From: Schmidtea polychroa
Lineage: Eukaryota
DNA: 64,000 nucleotides
Direction: 5' to 3'
NCBI GenBank assembly: GCA_044892525.1
Contig: CM097885.1
Coordinates: 34,474,001 to 34,538,000 of the forward strand
Within the stretch, counting starts at the first letter, position 1. Each line of letters begins with the position of its first letter. Positions 33,400 through 45,655 of the stretch are shown piece by piece. The translations under genes were made by a program, and so were the position numbers. Under the pieces are notes generated by a model. It had not been told where the DNA came from. It saw only the letters and a list, made by a program, of their open reading frames with translations, and made no database searches.

Positions 33400-36090
33400 A
33401 CTTGTCCCGCCCATGGCCAATTTTAATTGGAAATCGTATTCCGATAGATTCGTCATCCATGTCTGAAATTGTGGACTTATTGATTTTTTTCGTGTTTTGT
33501 TCTTTCTTGTTTATGTTGTACATGTGCCGTCTGACACTGTGCACATAAACTACCCTTGATCCTTGATAATCCATCTGCGTTTGCATGTTCTTCACCTTTC
33601 CGGTATTTCAATTGGAAGTCGCATTCGGATAGATTAGCCATCCATGTCTGAAATTGTGGGCTTATTGCTTTTTTTTCGTGTTCATAAATACTAAAGTTTT
33701 GTGATCCGTTCGAGCCGCAAATTCTTTCCTGGATAAATACTGTCTTAAATATTAAACATATTCATGTAATGCCAATAACTCTTTCCTGGTTACGCAGTAT
33801 CCCTTTTCATGGGCCATTAGATTTCGTGAACCGTATGCGATAACTATTTCTGAACCGTCTTCTTTTATTTGACTCAACACTGCTCCAATAGCTTCAAAAC
33901 TGGCATCAGCATCCAAAATAAATTTACGATCTATACGAGGAATATCAAGAATAGGAGCTTGTGTGAAGGCTTCTTTAAGTTGTCTAAAACTGTTTTCACA
34001 ATTTTCTGACCATTCGATTGTTTTATCACAACTTGACGCTGCTGCATATAGGGGTGCTGCTATTTTAGCATAATCTTTGACAAATCGTCTATAGTAATTT
34101 GCAAATCCAGAAATGATCGAAGTTGTTTAGCACACTGTGGTTTCGTCGCTTCTGTAATTGACTTGATCTTCTCTGAATTTGTCTGTATTCCATCTTCACT
34201 GACGGTGTGACCAAGAAATTTTAATTTGGTTTTATAAATTTCGCACTTCTCCAGATTTATTCTTAGTCCTGTTTTTTTAATTCTTTTAAAAACTTCTCGC
34301 AATCACCAATCATGTTCCCACTGAACCTTGCCATATATCAAATATCGTCTAAATAAACAATTGCTCCATTAAATAATAAACCCTCAAACATCGTGTGCAT
34401 TAATCGCTGAAACGTTGCTGGAGCCGTTGATAGTCCAAATGGAAGTCGATTGAAATAAAATTAACCTTCTTTGGAACTAAAAGTCGTGTTTTCTTGTGCT
34501 TCTTCTGCTAATGGACCTGATAGTATGCTAGTCTAAGATTTAAAAAAGAAAAGAATTAAGATCGTGATAGGTTATCGAGTAATTGGGATATGTTGGACAT
34601 AAGGAAAGATTTTCTTTCTGCCATCTTATTCAACTCTCGATAATCTACGCATTCTCATTGAGCCGTCTTTCTTTCCTACTACAACCAATGAAGAGCTCCA
34701 TTGACTTTTACAGCGTCTTATAACCCCAGCTTTTGTTAACTCTTTTATCCTATCGTCAATTTTCTGTTTTAGATGCATCAGTTGCCGTCTTGGAAATTGC
34801 ATTGTTGGATTCCCAGATGTATTAATTTCGTGCTCTACGATTCTTGTGAATCCTAAATCAAATTTGGCTGCCATAAATATTTATCCGAATTCATCTAATA
34901 ATTTGTTAATTGTTGGTAATTAATTTCTTCCCAATTCCTTTTTTTACTTTTTGTCTTCTCTCGTCATCAGTATAATTGCAAATCTTTGTCTCGGATTCGA
35001 TATTCTTAATTTCCATCAACTGCACTACAAATGCTTTCAAAGTATCTATCCCACCAATAAAACCTGGAAATAAATTTTTAATAACAATTATTTTCATAGT
35101 CCTCATCTTATTGTGCCAATAAATATTTGCTTCTGTACATCCCTGTGCTTTTTGAGTTTCTGGATAAACTCCAAATATTTTGATTTCACTGCTGCTTAAC
35201 CGTGGACTGTCTTTTATTCCATGTTTCCTCATTCATCATTGTAATTGAAGCTCAAGAATCCCTTAACATCTCAATCTCAACATCATTCATCATCATCTTG
35301 CTCCATTCTCTTCCATCTGATGTCACATACCTCATTCCTTCTGTTCTGTCATTCCGATTTTCTTCCTTTACAACCACATTGACAAAATATATGCAATAGA
35401 GTTCCTCGTGTTTTTTCCAGTTTCCACCTCATGAATTACATAATCATTAATTGATTCTCTTGTTTCTACATCATCTGAGTAATTTCTTTGGTTTTCAAGC
35501 TATCATTTTCTCGTTCTCATAGTTCTGTTGTTCTTTCTCTCTTAATAAATAAAAATCACGAAAATTATGCCCTCCCTTACCACATATCTTCTATACCCAC
35601 ATTTTCCAAAACATTGGCCTGACTATAATTCACTGTTTCTTGAAACAGGAAGGACTCTAAATTGCTTGTATAATCTCTTGGCGATGCGTTTAAGCGAAAC
35701 CGTTGGTGTTCTTCTCTACACTTGCCGTTCGACTGTATGATTCATTTCATTATTTCTGTTATACGAATTATCTGGTAAATTTTCTCTTCTGTAATTTCCT
35801 TAGCTTCTCAATATATTGGCGTTACTTCCATTTGTTTCTCTTGTAAACGTTTCTGAATTCCTTCTCCGCGTAACTACTATTCTTTATTACTATAATTACT
35901 TCTGTCTTTTCTTTTGATTACACTTTTTTGTAAATTTTGGTCAGTAGATTTCGTTCTTCTGCTGTCATCGTTGGTTTCATTGTTAGCGCATCTTTTAATC
36001 TTCTGTTTCTGACTGGTCCAGTTATAATTTCATTGGTAATCTGCTCTACCCTCATTCCCGAATTAATAACTTCTAATCACTAATTATAAT
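33400..36090 (-). pseudogene. Decayed Ty3/Gypsy gag-pol remnant (protease, RT, RNase H; integrase and LTRs not found)
   Basis: ORF fragments 34906-35232 (protease-like), 34626-34874 (HEINT..P..SQWSSSLVVVGKKDGSMR) and 34060-34302 (GLRINLEKC..FLGHTVS..QLRSFL). Also VYLDD near 34350 and RNase H LDADASFEAIGAVLSQ near 33900. Many frameshifts. Confidence 0.85.
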
Positions 36091-36096
36091 ACGCCG

Positions 36097-36961
36097 ATAG
36101 ACGTTTGGTTGCTGACAAGTGCATGAGTCATTTGAAAGTTTTCAATGAGTCTTCTAATTCAAAATGTGTATTTGACTACATTTGGAAGAATACGATTCTG
36201 AATGAAGATCTGAATGACCAAAATTATGATATGAAACTATTGAATGTCATTCAAATAATGACAGATCTTCAAAATGCTGGAACAGAAACTACGTATAATC
36301 TTTTGAAATTCTGTTGTTTATTGTTAGGTCGTTATCCTGATGTACGAAAAGACCTGAGAAACGAATTGCATAATTTGGTTGACGATTCAACTCAAATAAC
36401 ACTGAATTTGAAAAATAATGTTTGATGAGAAATGTTTTAATAATCCTCAGCTGTTTGATCCTTATAGGTTTTTAGATGATACGAGAACGGAATATGTCCC
36501 AAGCAAATATTTGGTTCCATTTGGAATTGGGAAAAGGGCATGTATTGGAGAAAACCTATCGAATATGGAAATATTTTTGTTTTTATCACGAATAATTACC
36601 GAATTTCATATTTCATTATCAAAAGAAACGATAACACATTTTGAAAAGATATTGGAAGGAGAAACTGGTATAATTCATTCATGTCTGAATCATGAGTTAA
36701 TATTTCATTCTGTATGTAAAATTTAAAGTTTTACATTATTTTTATCTGAGAACCCATTCCAAAAATCTTTGTTGATTTATTATTTAGATTTTTTAATTTA
36801 AAATTTACTGTACAACTTGTTTTGCTTTTTTGCTTTCTTATGTTAATACTCATTTATCTTCGTTATTAAAAAATGAAAATGAAATTGAAACTTATTTAAT
36901 ATTCTTTATTTTTTCTTAAATTGTCGAAATTGTTTAAATCTATAAATTAATTATAATTAAT
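36097..36961 (+). pseudogene. 5'-truncated inverted copy of the P450 gene plus 3' flank, with a 149-bp internal deletion
   Basis: Near-identical to the reverse complement of ~4068-5079 (ORFs 36105-36425 and 36418-36726). The deletion joins two ATAA microhomologies, removes the ExxR helix and shifts frame. Confidence 0.92.
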
Positions 36962-38879
36962 TATGAGCACCATAGCATTATTTTATAGTTTTTTAAATTG
37001 GCGTTTGCACCACTATTTTAATTTGTTTACTTTGAAATTTTTTTCATTGAATAATTGAAATTTAAGATTTATGAAAAAGATTTATAATTAAATTTCCTAT
37101 GCTTAAATATATGTAGATTTAATTTATGTTTTCAAACTATTATAGCATATATGATTATGGCAATACGCATCGATAAATATTTGTCTTTAAATTGATAGAG
37201 TCAAAAATTGTAACTGAATATAATAATTTCATTGATCACCAATCAAATTGATACTCAACGAATATTTGTTGGTAGAAATAATTCTTGCATATGGAAAATT
37301 GTGCAAGTTATATTTATTAAATTTTTGAACCCTCTAAAAACTATGACTTCGCAATGGTCATGCGAATTAATAATTATACACAGCTATAAATCAACATACT
37401 CTTGATTAGGTCACTGGTAATATAGTTAATTTTACTCGGTATAATAAATATTCTATCAATGAAATTAACTTGGCATTTGAATAAAGCGTGGGGACAAAAA
37501 ACCAGCTGCATAGCAAAAATAAATATTTACAAAAATTATGTTTTATGTCAAATAACTCTGATTCAACAATATAAATAATGAGATGTGGGCTCCCTCCCTG
37601 CATATCATAGTCAGCCGAAAAAAATTGGGATTGACTAATTGCACTATTGGCAGACCAGTGAAAAGAGTTAATTGACTGGTTTAACTATAGTTTTACTAAT
37701 AAAAAGGGAATTGACCATGACGAACTGATACAATTGGGCTTTAAAGTGAGTAAATGATGAGCACAGATTTTGAGACTAGATATGGATGAACCATATGAAA
37801 TCAGTGATAGCTAAATATAAATTAGTAATATAAAATATAAAAATGGATTGAGCATCGCACTATAGCATGCATCACATACCATCTGGTGCCAATGGTGCCC
37901 TTTTTTAAAATTCAAAGAGAAATTGCTCTAGAAAAATGTGAATGGGAATCACATCGATAGAAACCATGTTAAACAAGCGGAATGTTGGACATGCCACAAA
38001 TTCGAGCAAACTAACCCTGTAAATAATACCTATTTCAAATAATATTATTGCATGCTGAATTTGTATGACTGGATATTAAGTAATGACTGTCTGAATGTCA
38101 AAGGTGTGACATTATATTATGTATACATGTGTTTTTCTTGCTCAAGAGACTTGCAATATAATTATTTTCTACGGAGGAATAATCAGTTTTTTAGTATTAA
38201 TAAATTTTATGTCTCCAAAATCCTTATCAGATGAAATTGTCCAAAAGTTCAATGTAGAAGGTGTAACCGTCCGGGATATAAAGATTACGAATGCTACATA
38301 AAACTCGGAGAACGAAAGAAACGGTGGATTAAAGGGGAGTAGGTAGTTAGGGGCTCCTGGCAACAATGGGGGGGGGGGTAAAAATATTGCAAATTTTGAT
38401 TGCATTATTTTTGCCGTTGACATTTTTTTGATTGCGTAATTGTTCACGTACGTTCCAATATTTTTTTTCTGGGATTTTCAATAGAAAAATCCGACTATCA
38501 ATAAAAAAGCCAAGGATAAGTCAGTATTATTTGGGTGGGTCTCCTTGGTCCTGAGAATTTCAATAGAATAAGATGGTTTACACTAAAAAAGCCAAGGATT
38601 ATTCAGACTATAGTGAGGGGGTCTCGATGGTCCTGAGAATTTCAATAGAAAAAGTGGTCTACATTAAAAAAGTATAGTAAGTTTTTAAATTAAAGCAAAT
38701 TATGGGTCTAAAAATTGAATTACAGTAAATTATGGGCTTAGACTTTTCAATTAAAGTAAATTAAGGTCCAAATTTTTGAATTAAAGTAAATGATGGGTCT
38801 AAAAATTAAATTAAAGTAATCAATTTGTTCAAATAAGTAAATTATGGTCCAAATTTTAAAATTAAAGTAAATAATGGTC

Positions 38880-39051
38880 TGTAGTCAAACCAATTAAATC
38901 AATATAAATATTAAATTAAAATTTATATTAATAATAACATATTTAAAAACTTTGTTTTAATATGTTATTAATTTAAGAAAAAATAGAATTTGAAAAAGTC
39001 GTCTTACTTCTATCTTATTAATAATAATGCAAATTAATGTAGAGGACAACA
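38880..39051 (+). repeat. 5' LTR
   Basis: TG...CA ends; about 4 mismatches to the 3' LTR by eye. Confidence 0.92.
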
Positions 39052-39089
39052 TTGGTGTTAGAAGTGTGGCTCAAGAAAGTAGTCACATT

Positions 39090-39809
39090 CAAATGAAAAT
39101 TCCAACATTTTTTGACAATGTCGCAGTCTGGTTTCAACAAGTGGACGCAGCATTGGAACTGGCCTCAATCAGAAACGAAAAAACCAAATATTTTCACTTG
39201 TTAACCAGCTTACCATCTCGCGTTCTCGAAGAGTACTCGAATTTAATGGATCCACATATCAAGTAGCCATATTCAGCACTTAAAGAAGCAATTATTAATG
39301 ACTCAAAAGGATCAACAACGAAGGCAGCAAACAAACTTTTACAGAAACAGGAACTTGAGGATCGGAAACCAAGCCAACTCCTTAGAGAATTAAAAAGAAA
39401 CTATAAAATAATGGAACCCAATGGTGACCCAGAAACGAGCAAAATTCTCAGACATCAGTTCATTAACTCCATGCCAGTTCACATTCAATACCTTCTAATA
39501 TCGAGCAACGTTGGCATTGATGAGTTGGCCAACATCGCCAACTTGCACGTAAGGATCAATGATCAGCATATCTCACCGGTGGGAAGTCAAAATATTGCCG
39601 GAAACTTCCATCAGCTTGCAATAGAGAACCTGCAAGATCAAATCAATGCCATAAGGACAAACGAAAGCTCTACTCGAAAGGAACGTCATTCGAGTGAAGA
39701 AACAATATGTTATTTTCACAGACGATTCGGAATAAAAGCCAGGAAATGCCAAAAACCGTGTTGCTGGTCTGATTCAGTTAAGTCGGGAAAAGGCCAACGA
39801 TCTCGTTAA
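39090..39809 (+). pseudogene. gag: Gypsy gag (broken)
   Basis: KIPTFFDNVAVWFQQV..TKY..L..SLP, DRKPSQLLR, and the CYFHRRFGIKARKCQKPC zinc motif; stop at 39264-39266 and a frameshift. Confidence 0.85.
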
Positions 39810-42665
39810 TGTCGACGACAAGGATCCAATGCTCAACTCAACAGTCGACAAAGATTAATGCAATTTTCACTGTTCCAGTCCTCTATGACAATAAATCATA
39901 TAATTTTCTCATTGATTCTGGGGCATATATCAGCGTTATCCCAACAAAAATATTTAAACCCGATTCCAGAATTGCACCGATCAGACTCATAGCGGCTAAC
40001 AACTGTAGCATAAAAGTACATGGCTCAAAAGTTCTACACTTTACGAAAGCAGCATTTCAAAATGGGAATTTATCGTAGCAGATGTTTCTCGCCCAATTCT
40101 TGGGGCAGACTTTCTATTACATTATAGATTTCTAGTGGATTGCAAAAATGCTAAAATCTTCATCCGAAATACAGCTATCACAAATGTTAATAAAAAAGCA
40201 ATTCAGTCAGCTCTGAGCATGCAATGGCAATCGAAACAACTGGGCCACCAATTGCGCAGTCAGTAAGACACCTGGGTGGACGCATGCTTGAAGCCGTTCA
40301 AACTGAATTCGATACCTTGATCAAAAAGGGAATCCTAAGGGAAAGTAAGAGTGACTGGGCGTCACCATTGGTAATTGTTAAGAAGAAAGATGGATCAATA
40401 CGCCCATGCGGTGACTACAGACTCCTGAACTCAGTCACGAAAGTCGACAAATATCCTCTGCCCAGAATAAGCGACATCTTAGATCAACTCGGGGGAAGCA
40501 AAATATTTTCAACGATCGATCTGGAAAAGGCATATCACCAAATCCCAATTGAAGCAAACGACATCCCAAAAACAGCAATAATTACATTTATTGGACTATA
40601 CGAATACCTCAAGATGCCTTTGGACTGAGGAACGCATCACAAACTTTCCAAAGATTCATGGACAAACTTCTACGTCCATACAGGATTTTATCCAGAGCGT
40701 ACATCGATGACATAATCATTTTCTCTAAATCGAATGAAGATCATGAAAAACATTTGCAAAATATCGCAAAAGTTCTAAAAGATGCACATTTATCAATAAA
40801 TAAAGATAAAAGCTGCTTGGCTAAAAATCAGGTTAACTTTCTTGGATTTCACATTTCAGACTCAGGAATCTCACCCCAAACCGATAAGATTCAAGCAATC
40901 ACCTCCTGTTCAAGGCCAGACGATGCTAAGGCACTGAGACGATTTATTGGAATGGTAACATTCTATCACTGGCTAATACTGAATTTGGCGGATATAATGG
41001 CTCCGTTACATGAACTGACATCAAACGGAGCAAAAGACAAACGTAAAAATATCTGGAAAGATCAACACTCGCAAGCCTTTGAAACGGCAAAGAAAAAACT
41101 GCAAGAAATCACTGAAATGATCCCTCCAGATTCGCAACGCACATTCATCGTATGCACGGATGCATCGGACATTGGAATTGGTGCAAGCCTTAATCACAGA
41201 ACGGCAGAAGGTAAACTTACACCAATCAGTTTTTTCTCTAGAAAGCTCAACAAAACTGAACAAAGATATTCAACATTTGACCGAGAACTATTAGCTGCCT
41301 ATTTAGCCATCAAAAATTTCAAACATCACCTGGACGGCAATACATTCGAATTACTAACCGATCACAAGTCATTGGTATACAATGAAAGACCCATCCAATA
41401 GACAATGGCGATGGATCCAGTTCATAAACGAATTTGATGCAAAGATAATTCACATCAAAGGGAAAGACAACATTGTCGCAGATTTCCTATCAAGACAACC
41501 TAATTCAGACAACAATACTCTCAATATTGTTGAGACTGTGCCGATGATAAAAAATGAAATAATTAATCAACAAAGACAACAATCATTCGCCCAAACCTTG
41601 AAGCCAAATCACTCATTTAAAATAAGTATAGATGATGACGGAATCCTAGTGGATATGTCTACTGGCTCCCCTCGAATAATACTGCCAGAACCATTCCTAT
41701 TCAGGGAATTCCAGCGGCTTCATAATTTATGCCACTCAGGAGCAAATGGGACAATAAAATTGATATCGTCAAAATATGCGTGGCCCTCTATGCGAGCACA
41801 AATTAGGGAGTGGTGTAGAATGTGTGAAAAGTGTCAAAGAAATAAAGTGACGAGACACACAAAGTCAAACTTGAAGGAACTTCCAGATGCAGAAAAATTC
41901 AAAGTCATTCATATCAACATTGTCGGCCCACTCCCATCAGTAAATAATAAAAGATTCATGCTTACTATAATTGACAGACTCACCTCATGGCCAGAAGCAA
42001 TTCCTATCTCTGATATCACAAGCAGTTTAGTAACCAAAACAGTAGAAAACGAGTGGATAGCTCGATACGGAGCCCCCGAGATAATGATCACAGACAATGG
42101 TAAGCAATTCATTTCATCCACATTTAGAGAATTCTGTGAAAAGCACAACATCGATCATAAACACACAACACCATACCATCCCCAATGCAATGGCAAAGTT
42201 GAAAGATTTCACAGAACTCTCAAGACGGCTTTGAGAACACATTCAGAAGATGCAAATAGAAATTGGGCCAATGATCTACCATTGGTATTACTGGGGCTTC
42301 GAAATGTCGTTTCAGAAGACAATAATCAATCACCAAGCCAAGCGGTCTTTGGAATCAATTGAAAACTACCTGGAGACACTACAATTAAAAGAACTAGAAA
42401 ACAAAATTGGAAAACATTCTTTCCAGAGGATTTGAAGACATGCACCCATGTATGGCTTAAAGTGGAAACAAGAACAACTTTGAGGCCTATGTATGATGGA
42501 CCATTCCAAATTATTAGTCGAAGCCCAGAACTCAAAACTTTCGAAATTCAACTTCCGACAAGAAACCTTCGTGTTTCGGTAGACAAGTTAAAACCCGCGT
42601 ACATTTCAACCAATAACAAATCACTCCTTGATCTAGGTGAAGGGCTATGTAGTCAAACCAATTAA
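39809..42665 (+). pseudogene. pol: Gypsy pol (protease, RT, RNase H, integrase) in frameshifted fragments
   Basis: FLIDSGA protease; RT WASPL..KKDG..RPCGDYR.LN and YIDD; RNase H TDASD..YSTFDRELLA; integrase H..H..C..C, ITDNG..F, ERFHRTLK and a GPF module. Confidence 0.92.
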
Positions 42666-42819
42666 ATCAATATAAATATTAAATTAATATTTATATTAAT
42701 AATAACATATTTAAAAACTCTGTTTTAATATGTTATTAATTTAAGAAAAAATAGAATTTGAAAAAGTCGTCTTACTTCTATCTTATAAATAATAATGCAA
42801 ATTAATGTAGAAGACAACA
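42648..42819 (+). repeat. 3' LTR
   Basis: Direct repeat of 38880-39051, followed by the TGGTC TSD. Confidence 0.92.
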
Positions 42820-43684
42820 TGGTCTAAATAAGTAAATTAAGGTTCTAAAAAAATTAAATGAAACTTAATTAAGGTCCAAATTTTTTAACTTAAAGTAAAT
42901 TCAGGTTCAGATTTTTGAATTAAAGTTAATTAAGATTCAAATTTTTAAATTAAAGTTAATCAAGGGCTCAACTAAGTAAATTAAGGTCCAAATTTTAAAA
43001 TTAAGTAATCAATGGTCAAAAATTTTAAATAAGTAAATTAAAGTAATAATTTTTAAATTAAAGTAATGTAATAAGTAAATTAAAGTTAGATTTTTAAATT
43101 TATTAACAAAAAGTTGGAATAATAGTTAGTAATTGAGAATTGGAAATATTAAATGAAAATTTTTAACGAATATTTTTTAAGATAATTTTTAATAGAAATT
43201 TTTATGAAATATTTTTCAATGAAAATTTTAGATGAAAATTTTTATGAAATATTTTTCAATGTTAATTTTAGATAGAAATTTTTATAAATTATTTTTCAAT
43301 AGCAATTTAAGATGCAAATCATTGTCAATTAATCATTCACTACATGAATTATTGGTTAAATATGTAAATGAGGGTTATATTTAGTTGTTAAGTAAATTAT
43401 GGTAAAGAAATTTTAAATAAAATAATACAAGGATAAATAGGTAAATTAAGAATAATTAAGTAAATTATAGGTTCAAAATTTTAAATTAAAATTTATTAAC
43501 AAAAAGTTTGAATAACCAACAGCTTCTGAGAAATAAAAATTTTAAATGAAATTTTTATGGAATATTTTTTGAAGCTAATTTTAAATTAAAATTTTAATGA
43601 ATTAATTGTCAAAGGCAAATTTAGATGACAATGATTTTATTATCAATTGATTATTAATGATTATTATCAATTTAGATTTTCAAT

Positions 43685-43815
43685 GATAATAAAAATAATA
43701 ATAAAAAATGATGATAAAAATAATAATATTAAAATAAAAAAATATAATAATATTAATATTAATAAAATTAATTATAATAATAATAAAAATAATAATAATA
43801 TTGATAAAATTAATT

Positions 43816-43911
<96 letters not shown>

Positions 43912-44048
43912 TTAATAAAAATAACAATAATATTGATAAAAATATTAATAATAATAATTATAATAGTAATAGTAATATTAATAAAAAAAATAATAATAAT
44001 AATCATAATAAAAATTATAAAAATAATATTAATATTAATAAAAATATT

Positions 44049-44097
<49 letters not shown>

Positions 44098-44172
44098 TTA
44101 ATATTAATAAAAATAATAATATTGATAAAAATAATAATAACAATTATAATAATAATAATAATAATAATAACA
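43685..44172. repeat. Degenerate (AAT)n microsatellite
   Basis: Direct observation. Confidence 0.9.
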
Positions 44173-45094
44173 GTAGTGCTTGGTTGATAATGCTTAGTAC
44201 CTGGTTGTTCTCGGTTGTAATTACTTGGTATCTGGTACCTAGTTGCTGCTTGTTTTTGGTTGTTAGTACTTGGTATCTAGTTGTAAGTACTACGTATCTT
44301 GTAACTGGTTGTTAGTATCTAGTTGTAGGTATCTGGTTGTAAATACGTGTTCGTAAGTTACTGGTTGATGATACTAAGTTGTTGGTATATTGTACTTGGT
44401 AGTTGTTGTTGAATTATTATTATTAAATATAATTATTAAAATTTGTCTTTGAAAAATATTTCATAAATTTTTTTTTAAAATTGACTTTGAAAAATATATC
44501 ATTAAAATTTACTTTAAAAATTATCTTAAAAAATTATTTCATAAAAATTTTCATTAAAAAATTTCAATTCTCAAACACCTACTATTATTCTAACTTTTTG
44601 TTAATAAATTTAAAAATCTTACTTTAATTTACTTATTACATTACTTTAATTTACTTATTTAACTTTAATTTAAAATTTTTGATCATTGATTACTTAATTT
44701 AAAATTTAAGACCATAATTTGCTTTAATTCAATTTTTAGACCATTGATTACTTTAATTTAAAAAATTGAACCTTTATTTACTATAATTCAAAAATCTGAA
44801 CCTTAATTTACTTATTTGAACCATTATTTACTTTAATTTTAAAATCTGAGCCCATTGATTACTTTAATCCAATTATTAATCCCATAATTTACTTTAATTT
44901 AAAATTTTAGACCATAATTCAATTTTGAGGCACATAATTTACTATAATTCAAAGAGCCCATAATAACTTTTATTTAAAATTTTAACCTTAATTAATTTAT
45001 TTGGACCATAATTTACTGTAATTTAAAAATCTGAACCCATAATTTTCTGTAATTCAATTTTTAGACCCTTTATTTAGTTTAATTTAAAATTTAC

Positions 45095-45655
45095 CACGCT
45101 TTTTAAGTGTAAACCTCTTTTTGTATTGAATATCCCAGGACCAATGAGACTCTATTAATTTACTTGGAAAATCCATGCTTTTTTAGTGATAGTTGGATTT
45201 TGTATTGAAAATATCCTGAGACCTTAAATTACCACTCTTTTTAGTGATAGACGGATTTTGTATTGAAAATCCCAGGACCAAGGAGACCCCTCTTATTTTA
45301 CTTGGAAAAATCCATGTATTTTTAGTGATAGTCGGATTTTGTATTGAAAATATCCTGAGACCTTAAATTACCATGATTTTTTAGTGAAGACCACCTTTTT
45401 GTATTGAAAATCCCAGGACCAAGGTAACCCACCTTAATTTACTTGGAAAATCCTTGGCTTTTTAGTGTAAACCACCTTTTTGTATTGAAAATCCCAGGAA
45501 CATGGAGACCCCCTCACTATAGTCTGAATAATTCCATGCTTTTTTAGTGTAAACCCATTTTTGTATTGAAAATCCCAGGACCAAGGAGACCCCCTCACTA
45601 TAGTCAGAGAATTTATTTGTATTGAAAAAAAATTTGTATTGAAAATCCCAGAAAA
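45095..45655. repeat. ~50-65-bp tandem repeat array (TTTGTATTGAAAATCCCAGGACCAAGGAGACCCC...)
   Basis: About 9 units; inverted counterparts at ~38460-38680. Confidence 0.85.

Larger units (their letters stand above)
38880..42819 (+). mobile_element. Full-length but decayed Ty3/Gypsy LTR retrotransposon, CsRn1-like clade
   Basis: 172-bp LTRs TGTAGT...CAACA (38880-39051, 42648-42819); 5-bp TSD TGGTC; PBS TGGTGTTAGAAGTG; purine-rich tract before the 3' LTR; Gag C-x2-H-x9-C-x3-C motif; PR-RT-RH-IN order. Confidence 0.95.

Noticed and set aside
43647..44315. Asn-rich and Ile-rich ORFs (also 29409-29701, 32510-32761, 50074-50443)
   Set aside because: They are translations of (AAT)n/(ATT)n tracts.
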